DNA of 64,000 nt from Nitrospirota bacterium (lineage in GTDB: Bacteria > Nitrospirota > UBA9217), in contig CAVVUN010000001.1 of assembly GCA_963751455.1 (NCBI GenBank), forward strand, positions 544,001 through 608,000. Reading direction: 5' to 3'. Below are positions 28,764-39,318 of this stretch, piece after piece. The notes beneath the pieces were generated by a model. The model was not told the origin of the DNA and searched no databases. It was given only the letters and a program-made list of their open reading frames with translations. Made by a program: the position numbers and the translations under genes. The first letter of the stretch is position 1. Every line of letters starts with the position of its first letter.

Positions 28764-28832
28764 TGTCATTTCGAACGCAGTGAGAAATCCTTCCAGTCGA
28801 AACGATAGATTTCTCCCTTCGGTCGAAATGAC
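28764..28832. repeat. REP-like palindrome
   Basis: gtcatttcga...gagaaatc / gatttctc...tcgaaatgac. Confidence 0.7.
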
Positions 28833-28853
28833 CTTTTTTTCGAACCGTCTTCA

Positions 28854-29972
28854 TTATGCCAACACCAGCGCTGAATTTATCCCGCTGAACCCGGCATTCG
28901 TCATCAGCGCCAGGGTATTCTTCATGACCGGCCTTTGCTCAGCCGAAACCCACCCCGCTGCATCTAAGTCAGCCTCCTTCAGGTTGACGGTCGGCGGAAC
29001 AATTCCTTCCCGAAGAGCCCGGAGAGCAACGAGCATCTCAACGAGGCCCGCAGCGCCCATTGTATGACCGATGCCGCCCTTGATCGAGTAGACCGGCATT
29101 GGTGCGTCCCTGAATACGGCTTGAAACGCCCTCATCTCCATCGCGTCGTTGTACACGGTACCGGTTCCGTGGGCTCCTATAAAACCGATTCTGCCGGCGT
29201 CGACGCCTGCCGCTTTCAACGCCTTATTCACAGCCAGAATCAAGCCTTCGCTTTCGCGCGACGGACCGGTCATGTGATTTGCGTCGTCGGACAGGCCCCA
29301 TCCCGCGATTTCGCCGAGAATATTTCTCTTTTCCCTGTTTGCCCTCTCTTCGGTCATGACCAGTGCGTAGGCAGCTGCCTCGCCGACGGTGAGACCCGCC
29401 CTCTTCCTGTCGAAAGGCCTCGCAGGCTCTTTATCGAGCGCCATGAGCGAGGAGAAACCGGAAAAAATAAATTCCGTGACGCTGTCGCAGGCAACGACGA
29501 GCACGCAGTCGGCCTCGCCGCTTCTGATCATTGCCGCTGCCCTTCCCGCTGCCGCTGATGCGGATGTGCAGGCCGCGGAAACGATCATGCTCCCGCCCGC
29601 TGCCCCGCTCAGCTTCTCCACCTTTTCGAGGAGACGGCTTAAAGTCGAATCTTCCTCCGTCCCTCGCTTTTCGAGAACGTGCATTTCAAGAAGATCGATC
29701 TCGCCCTTTGTTGTAGCAAGAATCAACTTGGCGTCCCGGGGAATACCATCAGCCCTCCCGAAGAGGGTTGTCAGCATCTGGAGGACGAGAGAATCGGTCC
29801 CGTGATAGGTGAGCTCAGGAACAATTCCCGCAAACCGGGATTGGAACGCCCCGGTGTTGAATCTTGTCACCGCTGCGATGGCGGTCCTTCCCGCAGCAAT
29901 GCCCTGCCAGCAGGAGTCCGTCCCGTTTCCATACGGGGTCATCATGTCGGATGCGACAACGAGCGCTTTCAT
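28854..29972 (-). CDS. Beta-ketoacyl-ACP synthase
   Basis: AACTSA, GAHGTGT, KGGIGHTMG. Confidence 0.9.
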   Translation of the reverse strand: MKALVVASDMMTPYGNGTDSCWQGIAAGRTAIAAVTRFNTGAFQSRFAGIVPELTYHGTDSLVLQMLTTLFGRADGIPRDAKLILATTKGEIDLLEMHVLEKRGTEEDSTLSRLLEKVEKLSGAAGGSMIVSAACTSASAAAGRAAAMIRSGEADCVLVVACDSVTEFIFSGFSSLMALDKEPARPFDRKRAGLTVGEAAAYALVMTEERANREKRNILGEIAGWGLSDDANHMTGPSRESEGLILAVNKALKAAGVDAGRIGFIGAHGTGTVYNDAMEMRAFQAVFRDAPMPVYSIKGGIGHTMGAAGLVEMLVALRALREGIVPPTVNLKEADLDAAGWVSAEQRPVMKNTLALMTNAGFSGINSALVLA

Positions 29973-30454
29973 GGACTGCGATGCATTTCCCCGGCTTTCC
30001 ATCTCTTCCGGCAGCTTTCAAGCAGAGCGGGCGAAATGATATAGGGTTCGCCGGTTTTGTGATCGGTAAAAATCTGGACCATATAGGCGCTCGTTGCGAT
30101 GCTGCCGTCTTCCTTGATCAACTGATACTCGGTGTTCATACGCGCGCCCTCATGCCAGATGAGCGAAGCGCGTATCGTGAACTCCTCGTCAAGGAAGAGC
30201 GACTGAAAATAATCGATATGGAGCTCGATGATCGGAGCCCTCAGCCCGGACTCAAAAAAATCCCGGTACGAGAGTCCGCACCGCCTGCCCAGTTCCTCAG
30301 AGGCTTCCTCAAAGAATAGCGGATATCTGCCGTGCCAGACGACCGCCATGAGATCCGTTTCATTGAAATGAACCCGCCGCTTTATCTCGACGACCACAGG
30401 CTCGGGAGCGCCCGGTGTTCGTTCGAAGTATGTTGTTTTTCTCCGTGGTTTCAT
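29969..30454 (-). CDS. Hotdog acyl-CoA thioesterase (4-hydroxybenzoyl-CoA type)
   Basis: VHFNETDLMAVVWHGRY..FFE. Confidence 0.85.
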   Translation of the reverse strand: MKPRRKTTYFERTPGAPEPVVVEIKRRVHFNETDLMAVVWHGRYPLFFEEASEELGRRCGLSYRDFFESGLRAPIIELHIDYFQSLFLDEEFTIRASLIWHEGARMNTEYQLIKEDGSIATSAYMVQIFTDHKTGEPYIISPALLESCRKRWKAGEMHRSP

Positions 30455-30484
30455 ATGAAACGATTCAAGATCCTGACGACATCT

Positions 30485-31156
30485 TTACTCCCGGATCTCC
30501 TTCTGACGCACAATCAAGCGGTACCCGTGCCGGTAATTCGCGAGAATTATCCCCGCGGGATATAGTTTTCCGTTCTTGTGTTCGTAATCATAATAGGAAA
30601 CGCGCCAAACAGCCCTGTGGTCCTCCCGGTAGGTCTTTTTCAATAAGTTTCCCTCCGGCCCTGCAAATTCGTACTCGAGCGCCCCTTCACCCGCGCGCTC
30701 CCGGATAATCAGCGTATTCCTGCCGCTCCTTCTCCGCGAAACGCTCGAGGGGGTAAGATCGAGATATATCCGCTGAATGTCCTTCCCGACTGCTTCAGCT
30801 ATGTTGCCCGCCCGCGCAAGGGGCTCGATCGCGTACTGCCGGACGAGTCCGTTCCGGTCTCCCTCGAACTCGAAGAGTTTCACTCCAAGCTGGTTCATGC
30901 AGACAACCTTGTACCGGCCCCCGGCCCTGTCGATCTCTACATATCCTATTCCGGAAACAGTAAGCCAGCTGTGGTCAAACACAATGGTACTGACTAAACG
31001 AAATTGGTCGGGAACGACCGATCTGAATCGTTCGATGACCGCCTGCGGATCGGGATTATCAAGCGGCCCCGGTACCGGTTCGTTAAACGGTATACTCGTT
31101 GCGCACGCCGAAAGAACGCATACGGCGAAGCCTGCGAGCAGAAACGTCCTCATCAC
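30485..31156 (-). CDS. Lipoprotein, DUF3261/LolB-like
   Basis: Lipobox LSAC; position next to lolA-like gene in aryl polyene cluster. Confidence 0.6.
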   Translation of the reverse strand: MMRTFLLAGFAVCVLSACATSIPFNEPVPGPLDNPDPQAVIERFRSVVPDQFRLVSTIVFDHSWLTVSGIGYVEIDRAGGRYKVVCMNQLGVKLFEFEGDRNGLVRQYAIEPLARAGNIAEAVGKDIQRIYLDLTPSSVSRRRSGRNTLIIRERAGEGALEYEFAGPEGNLLKKTYREDHRAVWRVSYYDYEHKNGKLYPAGIILANYRHGYRLIVRQKEIRE

Positions 31157-31343
31157 GTCCCTTTCGACTCCTTCATTCCGCCGGGGCCGTGCGCGGGAAC
31201 CTGCGCCAACCCGGCGAAGCCGGACGATTCAGTGATCGCATCGATCGATCCTGCAATCAGTTCGGTAATCCCAAGGGGCTCCCTGGGGGAGGAGGACGGC
31301 AAAACTGATAACTGCACGGGAAACGGGCAGGCAAACAGGCCCG

Positions 31344-32045
31344 TCATCTTTGGGAACTCCGGGCTCTCACAGGCTTGACTTCAAAAGCGGCGTTTTCGAG
31401 CGGGACGTTCAGCAAGGTATTATTAAAATGTATCGTGGTAACGTCTCCCCCGACTTCCCTGATCCGGATCTGCTTCAGATACTTCTGGTCCTCTCGGAAC
31501 GTGATCGTAATGTTCTTGACGACTTTTTTGACGGCGTTTTTCTCGTTCGGGGAAAATTCAATTTCGAGCGGATCGCTGTTGATCCGGCGAATATCGTTCC
31601 CGGCAAGGAGCGAATTGTAGTCGCCGGAGAACCAGACCGTGAGCTGATTCAGAATGTTTTGAAAAACCGGATTCTTTCCGAGCGACAGCTCCTGTACTTT
31701 ATCGGTGTCTTCGTCCCATTGCCGTATAAGCTTGTCGGTGACAAGAATCGAGTATCGGACCGGAGAATCGACATGCCATGCGATCCTGTCCGGCTTCCGA
31801 AGATAGAGTCTTCCCTTCATGACGAGTTTATCCTTGAAGAGGGCCATTTCCTTTTCCTGGACAAACTCGGCTTTGAGCGTCGTGAAATCCGAAACTTTTT
31901 TCCCGAGCGCGATCAGAAAGGCCGACATGTCTTCGGATTCCTTCGAGCCCGCTTCGGAAGCAGTCCCTGGCCGGCCGGGCGCACAAAGGACCGCAAGAAC
32001 GGCGACCAGCAGATAAACGAGGCATTTTCCTGCAATCCGGGTCAT
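31344..32045 (-). CDS. LolA-family lipid/lipoprotein carrier
   Basis: Signal peptide; A.FVQEK...G.L...KPD...W....P; GD.T.I.F. Confidence 0.85.
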   Translation of the reverse strand: MTRIAGKCLVYLLVAVLAVLCAPGRPGTASEAGSKESEDMSAFLIALGKKVSDFTTLKAEFVQEKEMALFKDKLVMKGRLYLRKPDRIAWHVDSPVRYSILVTDKLIRQWDEDTDKVQELSLGKNPVFQNILNQLTVWFSGDYNSLLAGNDIRRINSDPLEIEFSPNEKNAVKKVVKNITITFREDQKYLKQIRIREVGGDVTTIHFNNTLLNVPLENAAFEVKPVRARSSQR

Positions 32046-33532
32046 TTAGCCACCGTGCCCGGAGCAGCCTGAATCACTTTTACCTTGCCCCGCGCGATCA
32101 GATCGGTCCCGCGATAAACTTCACCGTTGACGGTGCCGTAATCGCCGTTTTTTGCAATCTTCACTACCTTTATCTGCAGGACGTCCCCTATCCGGGCAGT
32201 CCCCAGGATCTCGAGCTTTTTCACTTCGGTCTCAAATCCTTCCGGTTTCGGATCACGGCTTCCGAGCTTGCGGAACCCCTCCTGTGCGGCGAGCGCCTGG
32301 GAAAAGAGCTCGGGATAGGAGGCTTCGACCAAAGTCCCGGTTCCGTTGACGAACCGCGAACCGGCTTTGACCGTCATCTCGGAAACGGAGGCACGCTCCT
32401 TCATTTCAATCAGCCGGTCGATCATAAGCAGCGGCGGTTTGTGCGGCACGAGCCGCGAAGCTTCTACGGGCAGAAAGAGTATCTCCTTCTTCTTATCGAT
32501 ATTCTTCCAGCAGAGAGGGTCCGAGGCCAGGTAATCGCCGGTCAACTGGTAAGCGGCCCCCCGGCATCCATAGCATTCGTCAAGATCTTTACAGGAAGCG
32601 CAGGGCCCCTTGATCATATGGCGGTAGCGCTTCAAGTCCTGGACGACCTCGCTGTTGCCGAGTATATCCTTCAGTTTATTGTCGCGGACGTTCCCGATCG
32701 GGATCGTCACGCCGACGCACGGCTGCACATTGCCTTCGGAGCTTACCGCGCAGGAAAACTGGTGCCTGAGGCAGACTCCCCCTACGAGCGGCGGTCTCGG
32801 GTCCCAGTGGTTCCCGTATTTTCTGCTGTCGATTTCCGCTATTTTGTGGAAAAACGCTTCCGCCTGTTTCGTATTGATATCAAGGGCCAGGTTTTCTTTT
32901 GCCCCTCCCTGGGGCGTTATCATCTCGAAATACGGCGCAATGTTCTGGTCCCGCAGCCATTCCCACATCCGGGGGAGTTCTTCGATGTTCTGCTGGCAGA
33001 TGATTGTGCTTACGCCCATGAAGCGGTCTACCGAAGGATACCCTGCTTGCTTCAGGTTCGCGAATGCATGGTGTATCTGTGCATAGGCCCCGGTTCTGCC
33101 TGAAAGCATGTCCTGCATCTTTTCATCGAAGCTGTTCATCTTGAGGACGACCCGGACTTTATAGTCATGGAGTGTTCGCGCCATATCGGCAGTGATCCCG
33201 GTCCCGTTCGTGAAAAGTTCAATCTCCATGCCCAGGCTTCTGATGAACTCTATCATTTCCATGATCGAGGGATAGAGCATCGGCTCGCCGCCGAGAATGA
33301 TGATCTTGCGGGCCCCGAGATTCTTCGCCTGGGTGATGACGTCCTTGAATTGGTCCTTGGTCAGCTCGTTCCGCCGATTTCCGTTCTCTGAGGCGTAACA
33401 GTAGATGCAGTGAAAATTGCAAACACTGTTGAACTCTATCTCCATCGAGAGCAGCCTGCCGTTCCGGACGGCATCCGCTATTTCGGCGGCTGAGAATTCC
33501 GCCGCATAAATTCTGGTCTGGCAACTATTCAT
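32042..33532 (-). CDS. Radical SAM/SPASM protein fused to C-terminal hotdog (dehydratase-like) domain
   Basis: CNFHCIYC, GGEP; SPASM C..C..G.V.PC...GN...C..C.....C.GC...DPLC; LVPHKPPLLMID hotdog. Confidence 0.85.
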   Translation of the reverse strand: MNSCQTRIYAAEFSAAEIADAVRNGRLLSMEIEFNSVCNFHCIYCYASENGNRRNELTKDQFKDVITQAKNLGARKIIILGGEPMLYPSIMEMIEFIRSLGMEIELFTNGTGITADMARTLHDYKVRVVLKMNSFDEKMQDMLSGRTGAYAQIHHAFANLKQAGYPSVDRFMGVSTIICQQNIEELPRMWEWLRDQNIAPYFEMITPQGGAKENLALDINTKQAEAFFHKIAEIDSRKYGNHWDPRPPLVGGVCLRHQFSCAVSSEGNVQPCVGVTIPIGNVRDNKLKDILGNSEVVQDLKRYRHMIKGPCASCKDLDECYGCRGAAYQLTGDYLASDPLCWKNIDKKKEILFLPVEASRLVPHKPPLLMIDRLIEMKERASVSEMTVKAGSRFVNGTGTLVEASYPELFSQALAAQEGFRKLGSRDPKPEGFETEVKKLEILGTARIGDVLQIKVVKIAKNGDYGTVNGEVYRGTDLIARGKVKVIQAAPGTVAK

Positions 33533-34871
33533 GGCTTTTCCTCTTATCGACGAATCTGATCAGCTTCCGGGCATTCCCGGGATAAACCTGTTTTCGCACC
33601 TGTTCCGCGCTCTCTATCATTACCGGAGGACGGACGCGTAAACGGGTCTGCAGCTTGTCCATGATCATCCCCGGGGTATAGGTATCGTCCTTGACCGCGA
33701 CCGTGACCGTTATAATGTCGGACAGGTCGTAATCATTTGTTGCGGTAACGTAATAATCGGTGACCGAGGGAACCGCATCCAGCACCTCGTAAACCGCGTT
33801 CGGGTACAGTGTCGTTCCCCGGAACTTGATCATCTGCTTTTTCCTCCCGAGGATAGGTCCCAGCCTCGGCGAGAAACGGCCGCAGGAACAAGGTTCGTCG
33901 GTCAGAAAGCTGACGTCTCCGGTCCTGAAGCGGATGAGCGGCATGCCCTCGATCCGGAGCGGGGTCACGACGACCTCGCCGTCTGCTCCCGGCGCTGCTC
34001 TTTTCCCGCTGTCATCCACGATCTCGACAACCGCGAGATCGGGATGGAGGTGCCCTCCCTGCTGCGCGGTGCACTCGCAAAAAGAGGTTATCGTCTCTGA
34101 AGACGCGTAGGTCGAGTAAATCTTTGCGCCCCACACTTCCTCAAGAGCTTCTCCGAGTTTTATAAACCGGAGGCTTCTGTCTCTGATCGGCTCGCCGATG
34201 CAGATCAGCTTCCGAATGCCCGTCTGACGGGGATCGGTTTGCTGAGACTGCAGATGCCGCCCGAGTTTCAGCAGAAATGACGGCACACCCACGAGGGCGG
34301 TCGGTTTAAGCCTCTGGATGATCTCGAAATGGCTCTCGACGCTGCTTAAACCGTTCCTGATCGCGGCGGCCCCCAGCCGCCGGACACCCGAGAAGTACGC
34401 GAGGCCTGCAATGAAGCACCGGTCCATCGTGCAGGTCAGGAGCACTACGTCATCCCGCGTCATGCCGCAGCTGCTGAAGGAAATCTCCTCATTATACGCA
34501 AGGCGCTCGAGGTCGTTTCCGGTGTACATCATCGTTGTCGGCTTGCCTGTCGTGCCTGATGAAAGGACTATATCGGAGATGTCCGGTCGTGGAACCGCCA
34601 GAAAATCTTCATTGTACTGCCCGAATTCCGACTTGTCCGTAAGGGGCAGCTGCTGAAGAGAGTCCAACGTTACGGCTGCGGCGTCTATCCCGTGCTTTTG
34701 AAAAAGCCTCCGATAATAGGGAGAACGCGCGGCTGCATACTGTATATGGCTCTGAAGCAGGGCTTCCTGGATTTTCTTTATCTCTTCAGGACGGGAGAAC
34801 TCAAGTTTTCTGTTCCTGTCGAATTCTGTCGCACTCATAAGTGATACGCTGAAGCCCTTTCTCGTTGCCAC
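33525..34871 (-). CDS. Phenylacetate-CoA ligase-family adenylating enzyme
   Basis: SSGTTGKP, YASSE, PLIRFRTGD, GR. Confidence 0.85.
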   Translation of the reverse strand: MATRKGFSVSLMSATEFDRNRKLEFSRPEEIKKIQEALLQSHIQYAAARSPYYRRLFQKHGIDAAAVTLDSLQQLPLTDKSEFGQYNEDFLAVPRPDISDIVLSSGTTGKPTTMMYTGNDLERLAYNEEISFSSCGMTRDDVVLLTCTMDRCFIAGLAYFSGVRRLGAAAIRNGLSSVESHFEIIQRLKPTALVGVPSFLLKLGRHLQSQQTDPRQTGIRKLICIGEPIRDRSLRFIKLGEALEEVWGAKIYSTYASSETITSFCECTAQQGGHLHPDLAVVEIVDDSGKRAAPGADGEVVVTPLRIEGMPLIRFRTGDVSFLTDEPCSCGRFSPRLGPILGRKKQMIKFRGTTLYPNAVYEVLDAVPSVTDYYVTATNDYDLSDIITVTVAVKDDTYTPGMIMDKLQTRLRVRPPVMIESAEQVRKQVYPGNARKLIRFVDKRKSHE

Positions 34872-34905
34872 GGATTATACTCAAAAACGGGGGTAGTAAG
34901 CAATA

Positions 34906-37323
34906 TTAAATCCTGACTTTAACGCGGTCGGGGCCCTCCTTGCTTTCTTTCAGCTCGATGCCCCGTTCCAGGACACTGCACATGGACGGAATGACAATTA
35001 CAGCCGAAACATATCCTGTAACGGTGCAAATAACCATGGCAAGGCCGGTTGAAAACAAAGCCGGGTGTTTCGCCAACAGCAGAACGCCGGCGCCCAGAAC
35101 ATTCGTGACTGCGGAAAGCGTTATGGCGACGACAGTCCCGGTTCGGAGATTGTTCCGGTATTCATACGTGACGCCCAGGCCGTAATCCACAATAACGCCG
35201 ATCATGACGATGAGAGCAATCATGTTTACAATGTTGAAACTGAGTTTAAAGAGGGCCATGATGCCGATCAGCCAGACGACCCCCGTCAGCACCGGAACCA
35301 GCGCGATGAAAGCCTCTTTCCAGTTTCTGAAGAAAAAGACAGCCGGGAGGACATTGAGCAGGACGGCAATAGGAGCGAGAATTTTCATCTCACGCGACGA
35401 GAAACGGGATATCGCAGATGACATTTCCCTGCCCGAGACAATGAACGTACCCGGGTATTTCTTTGCTACGAGCTTAAGCGCATCAACCGTCTGCTGTTCT
35501 TCGGGAAAGAATGACAGTATACCGGCCCCGTCTGCCTTCAGAACAACAAAACGCTCATGGAGTTTTGATATCATTCCGTCGGCAGTTTTGCCGGCGTCAT
35601 CATGTTCATACAGCCCTTCGAAAAAAGGGGTAAAGGCCTTGTCGGAAAAGCCATGCCGGGGAGAAAGCTCCCGAATCAGCCCTTTCAGCTTCCGTTCCCG
35701 GCCCTCTTTCCAGAAGCGGTCCCAGTGTATGCTATTTTCCTTCCTCACTTTTTCAGAAGGCCAGAAATAAGCGAGACTCGTGAAATTTTCCTGCCCTACG
35801 GCACTGGTTGCGTCACGGTACACGAGGTCATTCTTCTCTGTCGCCTCTTCATAGGTTTTCCCCTGTACGACGAAAATTGCCTGGTTGCTCTTTCCGCCCC
35901 ATATATCGTGAAACTCCTCCTGATCAGCCAGCACCTTTGGGTCACTGCCGTCCAACTTTTTAAGATCGCTGTCGAAGTGAACGGTAAAGGCAAAAAACAG
36001 GAGAATGAGGGTCGATACTGCCCAAATGCCGATATTAATCCCGGCCCATCCATGGAATTTTTGAAGCCGGTCTCCCCCGGGAGGCAGGAACGTAGCGGAG
36101 TCGCGCGGACGCAGTACGAGAGGCAGCACGAACAGGGCAAAAAGGAGGCTGACAACCACACACAGGATCGAGAACGAGGCCAGCTGATGGTACCCGCGAA
36201 TCACCGAGAAATAAAGGGCCGCGAAACTGAAGATGGTCGTGGCTGCGTCTATCATAATGAGTTTTGCCACCTTCACCGTCCGCATCGTATCTACCCCGCT
36301 TCTCAGCGCTATGTAGACAAGCAGGCCGAAATCAGTCGAGATTCCGGCGATGGCCGTTCCAAGCCCGATTACCAGGTATGAGAGCCTGCCTTCAAGGCCG
36401 GTGCCGATAATAATGGCCCAGGTTACGGCTGCAGCCGGTATCAGAAAAACGAAGATCGCCCGAAAATCGCGAAACGCCAGAACGAAAAGCAGGAGGAATG
36501 CCGCCGAAGCGATCACCGAAGCGACCTTGATGTCCCGCTTGATTACCCGCTCGTTGCTGACTGTATGGAAATGACCGCTGACCATTGCGGCGGAAACGTA
36601 AGGCGGCAGCTGGCTGATCCGGTCCTGAACCGCCTGCACGACCGCAGCGCTCCCCTGTCCGTCGAGCATCGAGACCGGTGTCTGTACAATCAGCATCGTA
36701 TGCAGTCCGTCCCTGCTCATGAAATGACCGTCCTCGACAGCGACGTCATATCCCATGGAAGCAGGCAAGGCGCGCAGCTTGCCGAAAATGAGAAGTTTAA
36801 TGCCCAAAGGATCGGTCCGCGAGAGAGCAGACAGGAATATGCTTTCCGGCCGGAGGGACTGACGGAAGATCGTCCGCATCTGCTCATTAACGCTTTCCGG
36901 ACTGATTTTCCGGTCAAGGGCCGTGTAATCTTCTTCGTTCAATATCTGCGGTCCGTATCGGAGTACCGAGAACTCCTCCATCATATCGGCCGGCGAGAAA
37001 CCGGAAATGACCCTGGTAAAAAGCGGCGGGGTCAAGGCGGCGGCAAGCTGGTCGGCTGCAAAAAACAATTCTTTTTTGCTTTTTGAGGGGTCAGTCAGTC
37101 CCAGGGATATGATGATTTTATCCGAAAGGCTCGAGTCCCGGAGAGTGGCCAGGCTGCGGCTGATTTCAGGGTCGGGTGGGAGCATCACATCGATGCTGCT
37201 GTCGTAGCGGATAAACCAGAGGGCTCCGGCAGCGGCCGCTGTTGCGGAAAGAACGATCGCCAGGACCGCCCTTTTGTGGTCCCTGATCGCCTGAAACAGA
37301 TATAACAATAACGCGTCAAACAT
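34906..37323 (-). CDS. MMPL/RND-like exporter
   Basis: Two TM bundles with GIS.DFG and GVIVDYG motifs. Confidence 0.85.
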   Translation of the reverse strand: MFDALLLYLFQAIRDHKRAVLAIVLSATAAAAGALWFIRYDSSIDVMLPPDPEISRSLATLRDSSLSDKIIISLGLTDPSKSKKELFFAADQLAAALTPPLFTRVISGFSPADMMEEFSVLRYGPQILNEEDYTALDRKISPESVNEQMRTIFRQSLRPESIFLSALSRTDPLGIKLLIFGKLRALPASMGYDVAVEDGHFMSRDGLHTMLIVQTPVSMLDGQGSAAVVQAVQDRISQLPPYVSAAMVSGHFHTVSNERVIKRDIKVASVIASAAFLLLFVLAFRDFRAIFVFLIPAAAVTWAIIIGTGLEGRLSYLVIGLGTAIAGISTDFGLLVYIALRSGVDTMRTVKVAKLIMIDAATTIFSFAALYFSVIRGYHQLASFSILCVVVSLLFALFVLPLVLRPRDSATFLPPGGDRLQKFHGWAGINIGIWAVSTLILLFFAFTVHFDSDLKKLDGSDPKVLADQEEFHDIWGGKSNQAIFVVQGKTYEEATEKNDLVYRDATSAVGQENFTSLAYFWPSEKVRKENSIHWDRFWKEGRERKLKGLIRELSPRHGFSDKAFTPFFEGLYEHDDAGKTADGMISKLHERFVVLKADGAGILSFFPEEQQTVDALKLVAKKYPGTFIVSGREMSSAISRFSSREMKILAPIAVLLNVLPAVFFFRNWKEAFIALVPVLTGVVWLIGIMALFKLSFNIVNMIALIVMIGVIVDYGLGVTYEYRNNLRTGTVVAITLSAVTNVLGAGVLLLAKHPALFSTGLAMVICTVTGYVSAVIVIPSMCSVLERGIELKESKEGPDRVKVRI

Positions 37324-37384
37324 CGGCTATAGTCTTATCCCCGGAGCAAACTCAAAATTGAATTCATCAAGCTTGAAAAGGTCT

Positions 37385-38254
37385 TCATGTCTTAAGAACT
37401 TTCCTTGTCTTCATGATGAAGCTGCCGGCCGATTTTCCTTCAATGGTCAGTCCGGCTTTTATGGTGAAGCTGTCATCATCGCGCACGACTTTCACTTCAG
37501 CCGCTACCTGATCGCCGGGCAAGACCTGCCTCGAGAATTTCGCTCTATCAACCGCCGACAGGACCATCGGACAGGAACTCGCTTGTTCAGCCAATACCAA
37601 CGTCAAATGGAGCAGAGCCACTCCCGGAACGATGGGATATCCGGGGAAGTGGCCGCGGAAACCCGGGAAATCATGATCGAACGAGATTTTTCCGCGGACA
37701 AGTCCGTCCTGGGTGGACTCCATTCCGGAGATCTTGCTGCGAAAATAATTATGGACAAGGGTTTCACCAGGAAGCTCATTTTCCGCAGAACAGCCCGCTG
37801 TGGCCGGATCATAGGCTTTTTTTAGCGGCGACGGGTTATCGAACACAAAGAGCTTCAGGTTTCCTTTTGCCAGAAGGTCCTTGCCCCGGTAAACGTCGCC
37901 TTCTACTATAGTGAAATTGTTCAGCTGCATCCCTTTTCGCAATTTCAAGTCCAGTTCGTCGCCGGCAACCGCTTTTCCCATTACCATGAAGTCATTGACC
38001 CCGGCAAGAAAACCGCTTCTGACCGGCTTGCCCGCCTTTGTCGATTCATAGCCGTCGCCGGCAGCGGCCAATTGCGCAAGGAGTTCCACAAAACAAGCTG
38101 CGTCAAGGCCGCGGGAGCTGATGAAAATATTTCCGGGCTTGATGACTGTTTTTCCTTCCATAAAATCCGAACTGCTGGCACAGAGTTTATCGAGAAGAAG
38201 CATTGATTCCCTGTGGGGAATAATGTCTTTTGCATCAACCGGGAATTGCATCAT
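37385..38254 (-). CDS. Double-hotdog 3-hydroxyacyl-ACP dehydratase
   Basis: IPHRESMLLLD and FRGHFPGYPIVPGV. Confidence 0.85.
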   Translation of the reverse strand: MMQFPVDAKDIIPHRESMLLLDKLCASSSDFMEGKTVIKPGNIFISSRGLDAACFVELLAQLAAAGDGYESTKAGKPVRSGFLAGVNDFMVMGKAVAGDELDLKLRKGMQLNNFTIVEGDVYRGKDLLAKGNLKLFVFDNPSPLKKAYDPATAGCSAENELPGETLVHNYFRSKISGMESTQDGLVRGKISFDHDFPGFRGHFPGYPIVPGVALLHLTLVLAEQASSCPMVLSAVDRAKFSRQVLPGDQVAAEVKVVRDDDSFTIKAGLTIEGKSAGSFIMKTRKVLKT

Positions 38255-38291
38255 GTCATCGTCCTTGCTGATAGCAGTCGAACGCCCCGTT

Positions 38292-39032
38292 CTACCCGTC
38301 CAGGCGTCCCCTTATTACTGCTTCAACATGCTTTTTTAATTTGATCGCCCGGCGCTCTTCGGGAAATGAAGATGGATGCACAGGCGGAAGAATTTCCATT
38401 TTGACCGTTGCGCGCCTCACCAGGTGGTCTTTCATGGGTAAAAATTTTTCAGTCCCGGTCATGCAGACCGGAACCACAGGAATGTTCAATTCGGCTGCGA
38501 GCAGGAATGCCCCTGAACGGAAAACCTGCAGCCTGCCGTCGCGCGAGCGGTGTCCTTCCGGAAAAAAAAGAAACGAAGCGGCCCGTTCCCGAAGGGCCTT
38601 GCCGTGTCCCGCAACAAACTCCCTGACGTCCGTTTTCTCAATATCGACATACCCGGCCCTTTTCATGAACCAGCTGAGCACCCAGAGCCTGAAGGGCCAT
38701 GACCGAACAAATACGACCGTATTCGACGGTGTAAAAAACGGCGCAAAGAAAATATCCGCAGTGGAACGGTGATTGACGACGATAACGCATGCACTGCCGA
38801 CCGGTATGTTTTCTCTTCCCGCCGATACTATCTTCAGGAGCGGACGCGATGAACGGACCAGAAAACGGCCGTATAACCTGTTGAAGACCCGGAGCGCGTC
38901 GTCGATCATGCCCTTGTATATCAACCGATGCCCGATGATGATGAAGGGCGTCATTAACCCGTAGAGAGCCGTAGCGAGAACAAGATAAAAGAGATAAACT
39001 ACGGTGACTACGGTAAGCGAAATTTTTATCAT
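38292..39032 (-). CDS. PlsC-like acyltransferase
   Basis: NHRSTAD, FPEGHRS, FRSGAF. Confidence 0.9.
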   Translation of the reverse strand: MIKISLTVVTVVYLFYLVLATALYGLMTPFIIIGHRLIYKGMIDDALRVFNRLYGRFLVRSSRPLLKIVSAGRENIPVGSACVIVVNHRSTADIFFAPFFTPSNTVVFVRSWPFRLWVLSWFMKRAGYVDIEKTDVREFVAGHGKALRERAASFLFFPEGHRSRDGRLQVFRSGAFLLAAELNIPVVPVCMTGTEKFLPMKDHLVRRATVKMEILPPVHPSSFPEERRAIKLKKHVEAVIRGRLDG

Positions 39033-39050
39033 GTGTTTATACGGCCGGGA

Positions 39051-39311
39051 TTAAATACTTTTCTGCTTCTCGATGATGAAGCCATACACATCGCTCAAGG
39101 TTCGAATAGCCCGGATCTTTGCTTCATCCGTGTTTCTCGATATTTTAAAGTTGAATTCGTGCTCCAGCGCGACGACGAGATCGACACTGTCCAGACTGTC
39201 CAGCCCAAGCTCCTCGTACAGATTGGCCCCGGGCTTGAGCATTTCTTCGTTAAGTTCAAACTCCTGCACCAGGATTTTCTTAACGCGTTCGGCGATCTCC
39301 TGTTCGGTCAT
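39051..39311 (-). CDS. Acyl carrier protein
   Basis: LGLDSLDSVD. Confidence 0.9.
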   Translation of the reverse strand: MTEQEIAERVKKILVQEFELNEEMLKPGANLYEELGLDSLDSVDLVVALEHEFNFKISRNTDEAKIRAIRTLSDVYGFIIEKQKSI

Positions 39312-39318
39312 GTTGTTT

